Positions 9,646-18,723 of a stretch of DNA of 33,676 nt are shown piece by piece. How positions within the stretch are numbered: position 1 is the first letter of the stretch; every line of letters begins with the position of its first letter. The translations under genes were made by a program, and so were the position numbers. Location of the stretch: positions 1-33,676 of IMG/VR virus record IMGVR_UViG_2690315994_000029; one strand, 5' to 3'. The stretch comes from a virus (lineage: Duplodnaviria > Heunggongvirae > Uroviricota > Caudoviricetes). The notes beneath the pieces are model-generated. The model was given only the letters and a program-made list of their open reading frames with translations, did no database searches and was not told the origin of the DNA.

Positions 9646-10947
9646 TCAGATGAGGTCTGCGGTTAGCGTATCGTCGGATACGTCGTCGAAATCATTTACA
9701 GGGTTGATATTGAGTGCGGGGCGTGGGTCTGACTCGGGAACGATGGTGGGTTTACCATCAGCTCGTGTTATCAGTGCCTCGACTTTTGACCAACGGCGCG
9801 GACTGGCCTTTTTGATAAGTTTTTCGGCTTTTGTGGGGCTAATAAGTTTAAAGTCGAATACTTCTTCAGTTTTGTACCTGAACTGGTCCTTCAGAAGTGC
9901 GCGAGCTGCCTCTTCATCACTCCAGGCCCGGTTACCTTGTTTTCCTGTTACCAGTTTAAACCCCGGTACCGGATGTCCGGCATTGAGTTCATTGTGAACC
10001 CGGTCTCGTACTGCCTTTAGCCAGGATTCAATAAAGTCGGCCTGGCTATAGATCTCCGCAAGCTGCTCAATGGTTAACAGAGGTACACGTGCGCTGGCAT
10101 TGGAGATTATTTCGCTGACAGGCTTTGTCAGATCTTCAAAATCGCTGGCCGCTGTTTGTAAATGCTGCATTTTCTGGGCAGTGCAAATAGCTTTTGCTTT
10201 ACAGAAGCGGCACTGTTTTTCTCCAGGTATGAAGTTTTCCAGCGGTAGTGTCTCAATGCCTTCGCATTCAGCAATATTGAGAACAAGGATCGCACTGGTT
10301 GCGGCCTCCAGTGCCCGTTCACCGAAAGACTGAAGTTCCTGTACGGTTAACGACCATTCTGAAACGTGGTTGAGCCTTGGCTGGTGAATAAATAATCTTA
10401 CAGTCTCAAAGTCATACAGCATGCTGAATTGTTCGAGCGCACCCAGAGCATACAGTTGTAGTTGCTCATTTTGTTCTGCATCAATGCGGACGCCTTTGCC
10501 ATATTTCAGGTCGTGGATTTGTAATTCGCTACCAGCAATGATTATGCCGTCGGCAGTTCCGAAAGATTCTTCCACACCCGTTATATGTGAGAAATCAACA
10601 CGTTGTTCAACCAATAGTTCATTATTCTGTGCAAGAGTCCAGACCGTATCAACATACCGGCCAACGGCTTCGACCATTTCATCATCCACCTGTGGGCCAG
10701 ATGTATCATTAGGATTTTCGCGAAGGGGGTATGAGCCGAGAAACATAGAAACATTGCATCCGGCGTAGTGTTCCGGGTAGCTTTGCCTGTTTCGTAGAAC
10801 TTTTTCAGCAAGCGCGTGCGCTGCAGTGCCCTCGATTGCAAAAGTTGTTTCTTTATCCGGTTGTGTGGCCTCCAGCGCCAGACTTCCTGGGCAGCGCATC
10901 CATCGATGCGCTGATGATGGAGAAAGTTGTGCATGAACGTCTGGCAT
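9646..10947 (-). CDS. DUF2800-family PD-(D/E)XK (Cas4/RecB-like) nuclease
   Basis: 433 aa; N-terminal [15 protein letters not shown] plus C-terminal [10 protein letters not shown] Cys cluster, consistent with an Fe-S Cas4-like exonuclease. Confidence 0.75.
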   Translation of the reverse strand: MPDVHAQLSPSSAHRWMRCPGSLALEATQPDKETTFAIEGTAAHALAEKVLRNRQSYPEHYAGCNVSMFLGSYPLRENPNDTSGPQVDDEMVEAVGRYVDTVWTLAQNNELLVEQRVDFSHITGVEESFGTADGIIIAGSELQIHDLKYGKGVRIDAEQNEQLQLYALGALEQFSMLYDFETVRLFIHQPRLNHVSEWSLTVQELQSFGERALEAATSAILVLNIAECEGIETLPLENFIPGEKQCRFCKAKAICTAQKMQHLQTAASDFEDLTKPVSEIISNASARVPLLTIEQLAEIYSQADFIESWLKAVRDRVHNELNAGHPVPGFKLVTGKQGNRAWSDEEAARALLKDQFRYKTEEVFDFKLISPTKAEKLIKKASPRRWSKVEALITRADGKPTIVPESDPRPALNINPVNDFDDVSDDTLTADLI

Positions 10948-10949
10948 GA

Positions 10950-11852
10950 TTAACCCTCCAGTGCTTTTTCAGCCAGGGTGATTACTTCAGCGAGATTTTC
11001 ATCCGTTACTTCACCAAGTTTCCTGGCTCCCTGTTTTTCCAGAATTGCAATAGCTTCTGCCCGGTAACCCCCTTTTGCTAACTGGAGGATCAACCCTTCA
11101 GCTTGTTTGCGTAGTGCCGCGAAATCAATTGTATGGTCATCTTTGGCGTCATGATTCTGGCTGGAATTTGCTGCGTCTCTGCGTGCAAATTCTTCTTGCA
11201 GCTGAAGGTACTCAACACGGTTGATCTCGATATGGCCTTTTTTCAGCATCTCGTTCAACTTGCGTAAGGTGTGGAGTTCACTGGCTGCTGTGCCGGATAC
11301 ATTTTTGACGTAAAACGGCCCCGTGCGTTCTCCATCTTTGTTACTGGCCTTTTTCGGCTTAACTTCATCACGCCCATCCGCAGGTGCATCAAGTAGCTGC
11401 TCGGCAAAAACACGTCGCTCGCCGATGGTTGGCAGGTCGTCCCAGAACTTAAGGATGTTACGGGACAGGTCCAGGAGAGCAGGTTTAAGCAGCGCCCTGG
11501 CTCGTTTGACGCCCTGCAATGCGCTGTCGAGAGCATCAATCTGAACTACTCGTTTATCGCCTTCAGCATCACGGTAGGCAACAGCACGTTGCAGCATGTC
11601 TTCTGTGATAGGGGTGGCTACCGGGTAGAAACCAGCCAGTGCGATAACGTCGCTGAACTCCAGATCATCCAGTGTCATTGCCGCTGACATATTTTCAGTT
11701 TCAGTTGCTGTATCCCGACATTCCTGCACTCGTGAAATCGTGTCAGGATGCATAACAATGCCTGATGCCATTGTGCGGATAAGACGTTCAAGCAGCGCAT
11801 TATGTTGTGCCAGAAGTTGATTATTAAGTTCGAGACTGGTTTCTAAACTCAT
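10950..11852 (-). CDS. hypothetical phage protein
   Basis: 300-aa ORF tightly packed in the operon (ATGA overlap with the next gene); no motif recognised. Confidence 0.6.
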   Translation of the reverse strand: MSLETSLELNNQLLAQHNALLERLIRTMASGIVMHPDTISRVQECRDTATETENMSAAMTLDDLEFSDVIALAGFYPVATPITEDMLQRAVAYRDAEGDKRVVQIDALDSALQGVKRARALLKPALLDLSRNILKFWDDLPTIGERRVFAEQLLDAPADGRDEVKPKKASNKDGERTGPFYVKNVSGTAASELHTLRKLNEMLKKGHIEINRVEYLQLQEEFARRDAANSSQNHDAKDDHTIDFAALRKQAEGLILQLAKGGYRAEAIAILEKQGARKLGEVTDENLAEVITLAEKALEG

Positions 11853-12019
11853 ACTGTGGTCCTCGCTACAAGGAGAATGAAAGTGATGATCAGACCGAGC
11901 GCAGTGGCAACGGCCAGACCGGTCATCAAATCGAAGTTTTTACGGCGATAACGGAGAACATCGCGCCCCGTCAGTCGATGGAGGTATTCAGGTTTCATCG
12001 GTTGTATTCCTTTTTTCAT
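11849..12019 (-). CDS. small membrane protein (first gene of early-left operon)
   Basis: 56 aa from ATG 12019 (track start 12031 is GTG); C-terminal hydrophobic helix LAVATALGLIITFILLVA. Confidence 0.45.
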   Translation of the reverse strand: MKKGIQPMKPEYLHRLTGRDVLRYRRKNFDLMTGLAVATALGLIITFILLVARTTV

Positions 12020-12054
12020 ATCGGGGAGCACGCTGTTGCGAGTGCGCTTTCAGA

Positions 12055-12222
12055 CATAAAAAAGCCCGTCACTTGAGGCGGGCAAAGGCTACACACAGCA
12101 ATTACTTGGATGTCAGCGAATGCCTGCTTTTAACCACGTCAGACGAGATGGCTCTCTCTGTACCCCTACAGCGAGAATTCGGCTAATATCTCTTTACCCC
12201 TATAGTTTTAGAGAGAATTAAG
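12055..12222. promoter_or_regulatory. putative divergent promoter/operator region (early-left operon and 12223 gene)
   Basis: Minus-strand hairpin GCCCG...CGGGC followed by a T-run (12055-12083); perfect palindrome CTGTA-cccc-TACAG at 12158-12171; TAATAT at 12184-12189. Confidence 0.35.
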
Positions 12223-12747
12223 ATGTCTGAAGAAAAAGGACTTGTACGGCGTATAACTGAGGCGGCCACTAGTGCTGGTGGTGCTTTGAAAGGTGCTGTT
12301 GATTTAGCAAAAGAAGTTAATGCGTTGCAGGTGGATTACAATGTTAAAAGTAAAACTATCGATCTACTTGATAAACTAATTGATGCGCGTACTGGACAAT
12401 TCGCACTAACGGAGCTTTTGAACGAAGCTAAACAGCGCATTGTTGAACTCGAATCCCTTCTGGAAAAGAAACAGGATTGGGATAGTGAGAAAATGAACTA
12501 TGAAATGTACCACCCGATTACCAATACGGTGGTCTATGTACTGAAGCCTACTGACGATCCTGAGTTCAAGCCTCATTATCTTTGTACTACATGCTATGAG
12601 TCGGGTATGAAGTCTATACTTCAATACCATACTTCTAATGCCGCTTATAAAATTCTCAAGTGTCATAAATGCTCCGCTGAATATAAATTTCCCCGAAATA
12701 TAGAAGTCAGTGGCAAAACTCCTGCACCGTTACAACCTGCCAGATGA
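12223..12747 (+). CDS. hypothetical coiled-coil / zinc-ribbon protein in the immunity region
   Basis: 174 aa; charged helical N-terminal half; C-terminal CTTC ... CHKC pair; GC lower than backbone by eye; convergent with cI. Confidence 0.65.
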   Translation: MSEEKGLVRRITEAATSAGGALKGAVDLAKEVNALQVDYNVKSKTIDLLDKLIDARTGQFALTELLNEAKQRIVELESLLEKKQDWDSEKMNYEMYHPITNTVVYVLKPTDDPEFKPHYLCTTCYESGMKSILQYHTSNAAYKILKCHKCSAEYKFPRNIEVSGKTPAPLQPAR

Positions 12748-13110
12748 TTAGCAGTTCTCTTTGGTGGTGGTGTAGTGGTAGATGCTGAACTTCGGATTGA
12801 CTCAATGGACTGATCTTCACCCCACCCCAAAAGGAACTAAGCGCCCCATCGTCGGGGCGTTTCAACTTGCGTGACTTATCAGTTTGTCGCGGTGTTGTCC
12901 TCTACGCTTACCGTACGCATACGGACTCGGCGCTTACCTCGATCCCATCGGGTGCTATTTCGTTTTGCCAGGAGTACTGCGGCTTACCTGTCACGCGGTT
13001 CAGTTTGTTAAAGAGCCAGTATTAAAAAACGCATTAATTATGCGATATCGTATTTATATGCGTTATGGGATTTTGTGTCAATACGAAAATGAATTATTTT
13101 GCAAATAAGA

Positions 13111-13135
13111 AAACCGCCCTTGTGGAGAGCGGTTT
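13111..13135 (-). terminator. putative rho-independent terminator downstream of cI
   Basis: AAACCGC / GCGGTTT stem; on the minus strand followed by U-rich UCUUAUUUGC. Confidence 0.45.
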
Positions 13136-13165
13136 GATCAGAAGTAAGTTATCAGACTGTAAAGG

Positions 13166-13840
13166 TTAGTACATACGTAGCGCGGATTTGGCGATCCCCG
13201 CCACGTAATGGATTTTTTCAATGTTTTCGCGTGGTACTCTGACTGGTGGATGATCTTCATTTACAGACATTAGATGGAACAGGCCATCGCGTTCGAACAA
13301 GAAGGTTTTAACCATGACCTCACCTTCCCGGGTAACCACAAGTACTTCATCACCAGGAGTGTAGTCGTGGTTGGGTTCGACGATTACGAACTCCCCCTCT
13401 TTGATTCTAGGCATCATTGAATCACCAACACATTTCAGGGCGTATGCATCTTCATCCTTTGTCGGCCAGTATATGAAACCATCACTGCTACCTACTGAAT
13501 ATTGGGTGTCGCTCCAAAGTCCTCCAACGCCTAGCTGAGTGTTTCCCAAAACAGGTACTTTATTAAACCTAAGAGAAATATACGTTTTTATACCTGTCGC
13601 GTCCTCTTTCTCCATTTCTTGAAGGCTCCTTTCTGCCAAGTCTATTGGTGACACGTGGAAGTAGTCGGCGATCTGCTTTAACGTTGCGTATTTCGGATCT
13701 TTCACCTCTCCTGATACCAGCCTGTGTAGCGTTGGTTGGTTCAGCTGTAACCGACGTGCCAGCTCAGTTATCGAGCTTATCTTGGCTTTGTCCATCAGGT
13801 ACTTGATGTTTTGAGAAAGGATATCGGTAGTATCAATCAT
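13166..13840 (-). CDS. cI: CI-like prophage repressor (HTH + S24 LexA-like peptidase domain)
   Basis: 224 aa; N-terminal HTH (ITELARRLQLNQPTLHRLVSG); C-terminal CVGDSMMPRI catalytic Ser motif and downstream Lys (VMVKTF); divergent from a cro-like gene. Confidence 0.85.
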   Translation of the reverse strand: MIDTTDILSQNIKYLMDKAKISSITELARRLQLNQPTLHRLVSGEVKDPKYATLKQIADYFHVSPIDLAERSLQEMEKEDATGIKTYISLRFNKVPVLGNTQLGVGGLWSDTQYSVGSSDGFIYWPTKDEDAYALKCVGDSMMPRIKEGEFVIVEPNHDYTPGDEVLVVTREGEVMVKTFLFERDGLFHLMSVNEDHPPVRVPRENIEKIHYVAGIAKSALRMY

Positions 13841-13981
13841 TTGGATTCATCCATGTTGTATACAGGGACGGTGATTATGCGTTATCGGATATTTTAATCT
13901 AGGATGACATAGAATTGCTGTATTGCTGAGTAATCCGTTTTCGTATAAATTTGCGCTATAGACGAAAGTGGAGACTTAAAT
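13841..13981. promoter_or_regulatory. cI/cro divergent intergenic operator-promoter region
   Basis: 141 bp between divergent repressor genes; palindromic TGTATACA at 13856-13863; possible rightward promoter TTGCTG ... TATAAA about 13923-13950. Confidence 0.5.
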
Positions 13982-14182
13982 ATGTCCGGACTAACACCAC
14001 AAGAGATGGTCAAAAGCTTGATTGATTCAGGGTATACCCAAAACCAAATTGCCGAAATTGCAGGCGTGAAGCAGTCTTCTATTAGTCGGCTTCTTACCGG
14101 GGTTCATTCTGACCCTCGCTTTTCTACAGTACGTGCGATAGAAAAACTTTTTCAGGAAGTGACAGCTAGACAAAAGGTGTAA
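13982..14182 (+). CDS. cro: Cro-like HTH regulator
   Basis: 66 aa with XRE-type HTH (TQNQIAEIAGVKQSSISRL); first gene of rightward operon. Confidence 0.7.
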   Translation: MSGLTPQEMVKSLIDSGYTQNQIAEIAGVKQSSISRLLTGVHSDPRFSTVRAIEKLFQEVTARQKV

Positions 14183-14185
14183 CCC

Positions 14186-16372
14186 ATGTCCGATAGCAAA
14201 CCATGGGGAGCTACGCCTGATGAGTGGTTTCATTTCGACCTGGTATTGGGGCGGACTGCTCATCTTCTCCCAGTTGTATGTAACCCCAGTGCGACCATAT
14301 CCCCTGATAGTAAATTGAAAGCGTTGGGTAAGACGCCGAGTCGCTATAACCGGGACCGCCAGGTCACAGGTATTGCTCAATGGACCGGGCATGTTGTTAC
14401 TGAGCATGATTTTGCCCGCTGGTCGAATGAACCGGATTATGGCATCTGCGTGCGTACAGGCCATGGCTGGCTGGCGCTGGACTGCGATAGCGAAGATGAA
14501 GACATTCAGGCAGATATTCGCAAAACACTTGTGCAACTTCTGGGTGAGTCGCCGCCGCGACGCTGGCGAGCAAACAGTAATAAGTGTCTGTATCTGCTGG
14601 CCGTTGATGGTGATTTCCGTAAGCGTATCCATCGCCTGGCGGGGGATATGGGCATTATCGAGTTGCTGGCGAACGGGCAGCAGTTCGTTGCCTGTGGTAC
14701 GCACAGCAGCGGCGCGCGTATTGAATGGGACGGTGGTTTGCCGGATGAACCTCCGGCTATTACAGGTGAGCAGCTTGAAACGCTGTGGCAGCGCCTGGCT
14801 GAACAACTCCCTGTGTCGGTAACCACCGAAGCGGGCAACACGAAGATGCGCGACCGTTCAGCATTCACGCCCGGCGCGACGGATGATACAGCTGAATATC
14901 TTGATGCCAATGGCTGGACGCTGCTGGATGGCGCAAACGGTGAACGATATATCCGCTGTCCGTTTGAAGACGGCCACAGTAGCGGAGGCGATCCAACAAG
15001 CACAGTTTATTTTCCTGCGGGAACCGCAGGCTTTGAGCAGGGGCATTTTAAATGCCTGCATGCCAGTTGCGCGCATCGTGATGACGGAGATTTCCTGAAT
15101 GCCATCGGGATCCGCAACGACGATTTCGAAGATCTGACCAGCATCGAAGTGGCGGAACCTTTACCGCTGCCTGCTTTCGAGCGTGATAAATGGGGGCGTA
15201 TCGAGGCAACCATCAGCAATGCAGCCAAAGCAGTAGTACGCTCTGATTTTGTGGACATCGATATTCGCTTTGACCAGTTCCGCGACGAAATCATGTTTGC
15301 CCCGGCAGGATCCGGACAATGGCGGGCATTCACCGATGCGGATTATGCGCGCCTGCGCATCACGATGGAAAAGCGGGGATTTAAACCTGTTGGCCGTGAA
15401 CTTATTCGCGATGTGGTGTTACTTGCAGCCGATGAACAACCATTCGATTCAGCGATCACCTGGCTGAACGGACTGGAGTGGGATGGCGTGCCGCGCATCG
15501 AATGTTTCTACCATACGCACTTCGGTACCGCCGACACGCCTTATACCCGTGCGGTGTCTATGTACATGTGGACCGCGTTGGCGGGGCGAGTACTGGAGCC
15601 AGGCATCAAAGCGGATATGGTGCCGATCCTCGTTGGTCCGCAGGGCTGCGGTAAGTCTTCCGGAGTGGAGGCACTGAGCCCTGATCCTGCGTTTTTTACT
15701 GAAATCTCTTTTGCCGAAAAAGACGATGATCTCGCTCGAAAAATGCGTGGTCGGCTGGTGGCAGAGATTGGTGAACTGCGCGGGCTTAATACCAAAGAGC
15801 TGGAGTCAATCAAAGCGTTTGTGACGCGTACTCACGAAAACTGGATCCCGAAATACCGGGAGTTCGCCACCCAGTTTCCTCGTCGCCTGGTGTTCGTTGG
15901 TACCACTAATGAGGACGAATTCCTTGCGGACAAGACTGGTAACCGTCGCTGGCTCCCCGTGGAAGTGTCGAAAGTCGACGTGAAAGCGATAAAAAGAGAT
16001 CTCCTTTTACTTTGGGCTGAGGCTCGTGAGGTGTTTCAGCGTCTGGGGGGTATCCAGTTCCGTGAGGCTGAACAACTGGCAGCGAGTGTCCATGAACAGT
16101 ACACCATCAAGGATGCTTGGCTTGAAACGGTAGAGAAATGGCTCGACACGCCCGACCTGATGACTAATGAACTTCCGCGAAATTGCGAATTTTTACGCGC
16201 AAGTGATGTTTTGCGTGATGCGATTGGGCTAAATCCTGACCGCATCGGAAAACGCGAAGAAATGCGAATTAGTAATGTTTTGCAAAATTGCGGGTATAAG
16301 CGTGCCCAAAGGCGAATTGGGGGGAAAAAATGCAAGGTTTGGGAACCGCTGGAACCACGCGGAACCACCTAG
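14186..16372 (+). CDS. primase/helicase (primase-polymerase-like N-terminus, Cys/His zinc region, D5/SF3-type P-loop NTPase)
   Basis: 728 aa; zinc-binding-like CPFEDGHSSG ... CLHASCAH; Walker A GPQGCGKSS and LVFVGTTNE; immediately upstream of iterons. Confidence 0.8.
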   Translation: MSDSKPWGATPDEWFHFDLVLGRTAHLLPVVCNPSATISPDSKLKALGKTPSRYNRDRQVTGIAQWTGHVVTEHDFARWSNEPDYGICVRTGHGWLALDCDSEDEDIQADIRKTLVQLLGESPPRRWRANSNKCLYLLAVDGDFRKRIHRLAGDMGIIELLANGQQFVACGTHSSGARIEWDGGLPDEPPAITGEQLETLWQRLAEQLPVSVTTEAGNTKMRDRSAFTPGATDDTAEYLDANGWTLLDGANGERYIRCPFEDGHSSGGDPTSTVYFPAGTAGFEQGHFKCLHASCAHRDDGDFLNAIGIRNDDFEDLTSIEVAEPLPLPAFERDKWGRIEATISNAAKAVVRSDFVDIDIRFDQFRDEIMFAPAGSGQWRAFTDADYARLRITMEKRGFKPVGRELIRDVVLLAADEQPFDSAITWLNGLEWDGVPRIECFYHTHFGTADTPYTRAVSMYMWTALAGRVLEPGIKADMVPILVGPQGCGKSSGVEALSPDPAFFTEISFAEKDDDLARKMRGRLVAEIGELRGLNTKELESIKAFVTRTHENWIPKYREFATQFPRRLVFVGTTNEDEFLADKTGNRRWLPVEVSKVDVKAIKRDLLLLWAEAREVFQRLGGIQFREAEQLAASVHEQYTIKDAWLETVEKWLDTPDLMTNELPRNCEFLRASDVLRDAIGLNPDRIGKREEMRISNVLQNCGYKRAQRRIGGKKCKVWEPLEPRGTT

Positions 16373-16530
16373 AAGAGAAGGTGGTTCCACCTTGCAGACC
16401 TTGTGGCAAGCGGGGCGGAACTACTGGAACCACTGGAACCGCCTTTCTACTAGAAACCCCATATATATATATAAGTCGATTGAGGGAAAGGTTAGGAAAA
16501 GGTGGTTCCAGGTGGGGGCAGGTGGTTCCA
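16342..16530. repeat. putative replication origin: GGAACC(A/G)C iterons flanking an alternating AT tract
   Basis: Direct copies at 16342, 16351, 16361, 16426, 16435; inverted GTGGTTCC at 16381, 16502, 16522; (AT)n tract at about 16460-16472. Confidence 0.6.
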
Positions 16531-16660
16531 CTCCGAATTAGCAACTTTTTGCATGTTGATACATGCAATATGCGGATCGGAACTGCGTTATCCACACCCA
16601 CGGATAAACAGACGTAGTTCTCAGAAAAATTTTTCGTAGCAAAACGTAGAGGTCAGAGCT

Positions 16661-17083
16661 ATGCGTAATATTCAACAGGTTTTAGAGCGCTGGGGTGGCT
16701 GGGCAGCGAGTGAAGGTGGTAGCGTCTACTTTCCTCCTGTTGCAGCCGGGTTTAAGAATCTGCTACCCGCGACGCAGTCTGGAAGGCTGAAATGCAGTGA
16801 CAATGACGGTCTTATCATCAACTCCGCTATGAGCTGCCTGAAGAAAAAAGATCCGTATCTGTGCACGCTCCTTGAGTGGCATTACGTCCAGGCCATGCCC
16901 GTGCGGGCGATGGGTGAGAAGCTCGGCGTATCTCACACCCACGTTCTGAAGAGGCTTCAGGCGGCAGAGGGATTTATTGACGGTTGCTTAGCCATGCTGG
17001 ATGTGGTGCTCGAAATGGATCAGTCGGTTCAGTCAAAGCCTCAGGCTATCAGGACTTTGCGTAGGAGCTGCTCGGCGGCATAA
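16661..17083 (+). CDS. putative late-gene antiterminator Q
   Basis: 140 aa; sits between replication genes and the terminator-flanked lysis cassette; N-terminal VLERWGGW and C-terminal HTH-like region shared with the second Q-like ORF at 22102. Confidence 0.55.
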   Translation: MRNIQQVLERWGGWAASEGGSVYFPPVAAGFKNLLPATQSGRLKCSDNDGLIINSAMSCLKKKDPYLCTLLEWHYVQAMPVRAMGEKLGVSHTHVLKRLQAAEGFIDGCLAMLDVVLEMDQSVQSKPQAIRTLRRSCSAA

Positions 17084-17114
17084 TATCCAGCAATCAATCA
17101 CGTAAGGGAACCAG

Positions 17115-17456
17115 ATGGCTCTGATCAGCGTTCGCAACAGATTTGAAAGCTTCATGGAACAGAGGTACCCAGACCTGTCGTTGCAGGTCAAAGGTAATAT
17201 TGGCGCATCAATGAAGGCTCAACTTGGCATCAGGATTGAACGAGAATTGTACAGTGAAGATGTTACTTACTGTGATTCAGCAGTTCAGTTGATGTGGACA
17301 CTCTTTCAGGCAGGTGTTCTGGCCGAACGAAGAGCTACCAGCGTTACGCTTCCTGCGCTGAAGGCAAAGCCGGATAGCTTCTACGATGCGGGTTATAACG
17401 AAGGTATTCAGGACTGTCGTAAACATCTGACGGCATCAGGCATCAAGGTAAGATAA
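17115..17456 (+). CDS. hypothetical protein
   Basis: 113-aa ORF with ATG 17115 directly after Q. Confidence 0.45.
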   Translation: MALISVRNRFESFMEQRYPDLSLQVKGNIGASMKAQLGIRIERELYSEDVTYCDSAVQLMWTLFQAGVLAERRATSVTLPALKAKPDSFYDAGYNEGIQDCRKHLTASGIKVR

Positions 17457-17524
17457 AAAATAGTTGTGGAATTCCAAAAAGCCGATTAGCCTGATATCTG
17501 TTGAAAACAGTTCATCACGAAGAG

Positions 17525-17548
17525 GCTTCCGCAAGGGGGCCTTTTTTA
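17525..17548 (+). terminator. putative rho-independent terminator
   Basis: GGCTTCC-GCAA-GGGGGCC (7-bp stem with two G-U pairs, GNRA loop) followed by TTTTTT. Confidence 0.5.
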
Positions 17549-17777
17549 TTGCCCCATTCTGGGGAAAAGTTAATAAAACAGGGCTTTCGCTGCGAAAAAA
17601 CGCTATGCAGTTTTTGCCCTTTTTTATGCACCTTTTATTCACTCGAATTTCGTCATTCTGGACCACTTAAGTTGATTAAATAGGCCTTTCATCGCAAATC
17701 TATTGCGAGCGGGGATCGTGTGGTTCCTATAACGTACATTATGTTAAATAACATCCTTTTTTAACAAATTTAACAAG

Positions 17778-17800
17778 GTTCGCTATGGCGAACTTTTTTT
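17778..17800 (+). terminator. putative rho-independent terminator upstream of holin
   Basis: GTTCGC-tatg-GCGAAC followed by TTTTTTT. Confidence 0.55.
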
Positions 17801-17901
17801 GTATTCAGGGCCCACCGAAGGACGGTTCATACCCCAATCCTACGGGCGTATACGCAGGGCCCGCCTTTCAACAACACCCCGTAATGGCGGAGGTGGGAAG
17901 T

Positions 17902-18243
17902 ATGAAAATGCACAATGCTCCTCATTCCTGGCCTGACTTACTGGAACTCTTACAAAGTTGGTGGCGTGGAGATACGCCGTTGGGCGCAGTGGTTATGTCA
18001 ATTGTTATGGCTGGCTTGCGCATTGCCTATTTTGGCGGTGGTGGCGGCTGGAAACGAAAAACGCTTGAGATTTTGCTCTGTGGTGCTCTGACGCTGACCT
18101 TTGCATCCGCTCTTGAGTATGTTGGATGGCCTAAATCGCTTTCTGTTGCCATTGGTGGTGGTGTTGGGCTGATCGGTGTGGATGCTATTCGTGGGGCTGC
18201 AATGCGAGTAATCGGTAACAAGTTTGGTGGCTCTAAGGAGTAA
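17902..18243 (+). CDS. holin
   Basis: Start MKM (dual-start-like) at 17902 with GGAGGTGGGAAG RBS; hydrophobic helices; directly upstream of endolysin; track start 17785 lies in the terminator hairpin. Confidence 0.65.
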   Translation: MKMHNAPHSWPDLLELLQSWWRGDTPLGAVVMSIVMAGLRIAYFGGGGGWKRKTLEILLCGALTLTFASALEYVGWPKSLSVAIGGGVGLIGVDAIRGAAMRVIGNKFGGSKE

Positions 18244-18246
18244 TTC

Positions 18247-18723
18247 ATGCAGACACTAAATTCCCAACGTAAAGCTTTCCTGGATATGGTGGCATGGTCA
18301 GAAGGAACGGATAACGGGCGACAACCGACACGTAATCACGGTTATGACGTTATCGTCGGAGGTGAGTTGTTCACTGATTACTCCGATCACCCTCGCAAAC
18401 TTGTCACGCTAAACCCGAAGCTTAAATCAACAGCCGCAGGACGGTATCAGCTTCTTTCACGCTGGTGGGATGCCTACTGTAAGCAGCTTGGCCTGAAAGA
18501 TTTTTCGCCAGAAAGTCAGGACGCTGTGGCGCTGCAGCAGATTAAAGAGCGTGGCGCTTTACCGATGATTGACCGTGGCGATATTCGTCAGGCAATCGAC
18601 TGTTGCAGCAATATCTGGGCGTCGTTACCTGGTGCAGGTTACGGTCAGTATGAACATAAAATCGGTGACCTGATTTCCAGGTTTAAAGATGCTGGTGGGG
18701 TGGTAAATGAAGCTGACTTATAA
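18247..18723 (+). CDS. R: endolysin, lambda R-like lytic transglycosylase
   Basis: 158 aa, near-identical over long stretches to lambda R as I recall it (NQRKAFLDM.AWSEGTDNGRQ.TRNHGYDVIVGGELFTDYSDHPRKLVTLNPKLKST). Confidence 0.9.
   Translation: MQTLNSQRKAFLDMVAWSEGTDNGRQPTRNHGYDVIVGGELFTDYSDHPRKLVTLNPKLKSTAAGRYQLLSRWWDAYCKQLGLKDFSPESQDAVALQQIKERGALPMIDRGDIRQAIDCCSNIWASLPGAGYGQYEHKIGDLISRFKDAGGVVNEADL

Noticed and set aside
12884-13108. 74-aa plus-strand ORF in the gap between the zinc-ribbon gene and cI
   Set aside because: No RBS, odd Cys/Tyr-rich composition, and it runs through the predicted cI terminator; more likely non-coding.
14027-14806. 259-aa minus-strand ORF antisense to cro and the primase
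   Set aside because: It sits entirely within well-supported plus-strand genes and has Arg/Ala-rich shadow-frame composition.
16275-16617. Overlapping ORFs 16275-16541, 16330-16617 (plus) and 16269-16601 (minus)
   Set aside because: They lie across the iteron/AT-tract origin region, have no RBS, and their protein sequences are low-complexity translations of the repeats.
17785-17901. Upstream extension of the holin ORF (track start 17785, MANFF...)
   Set aside because: That start lies inside the terminator hairpin GTTCGC-tatg-GCGAAC-T7; the MKM start at 17902 has a strong RBS and fits holin dual-start architecture.
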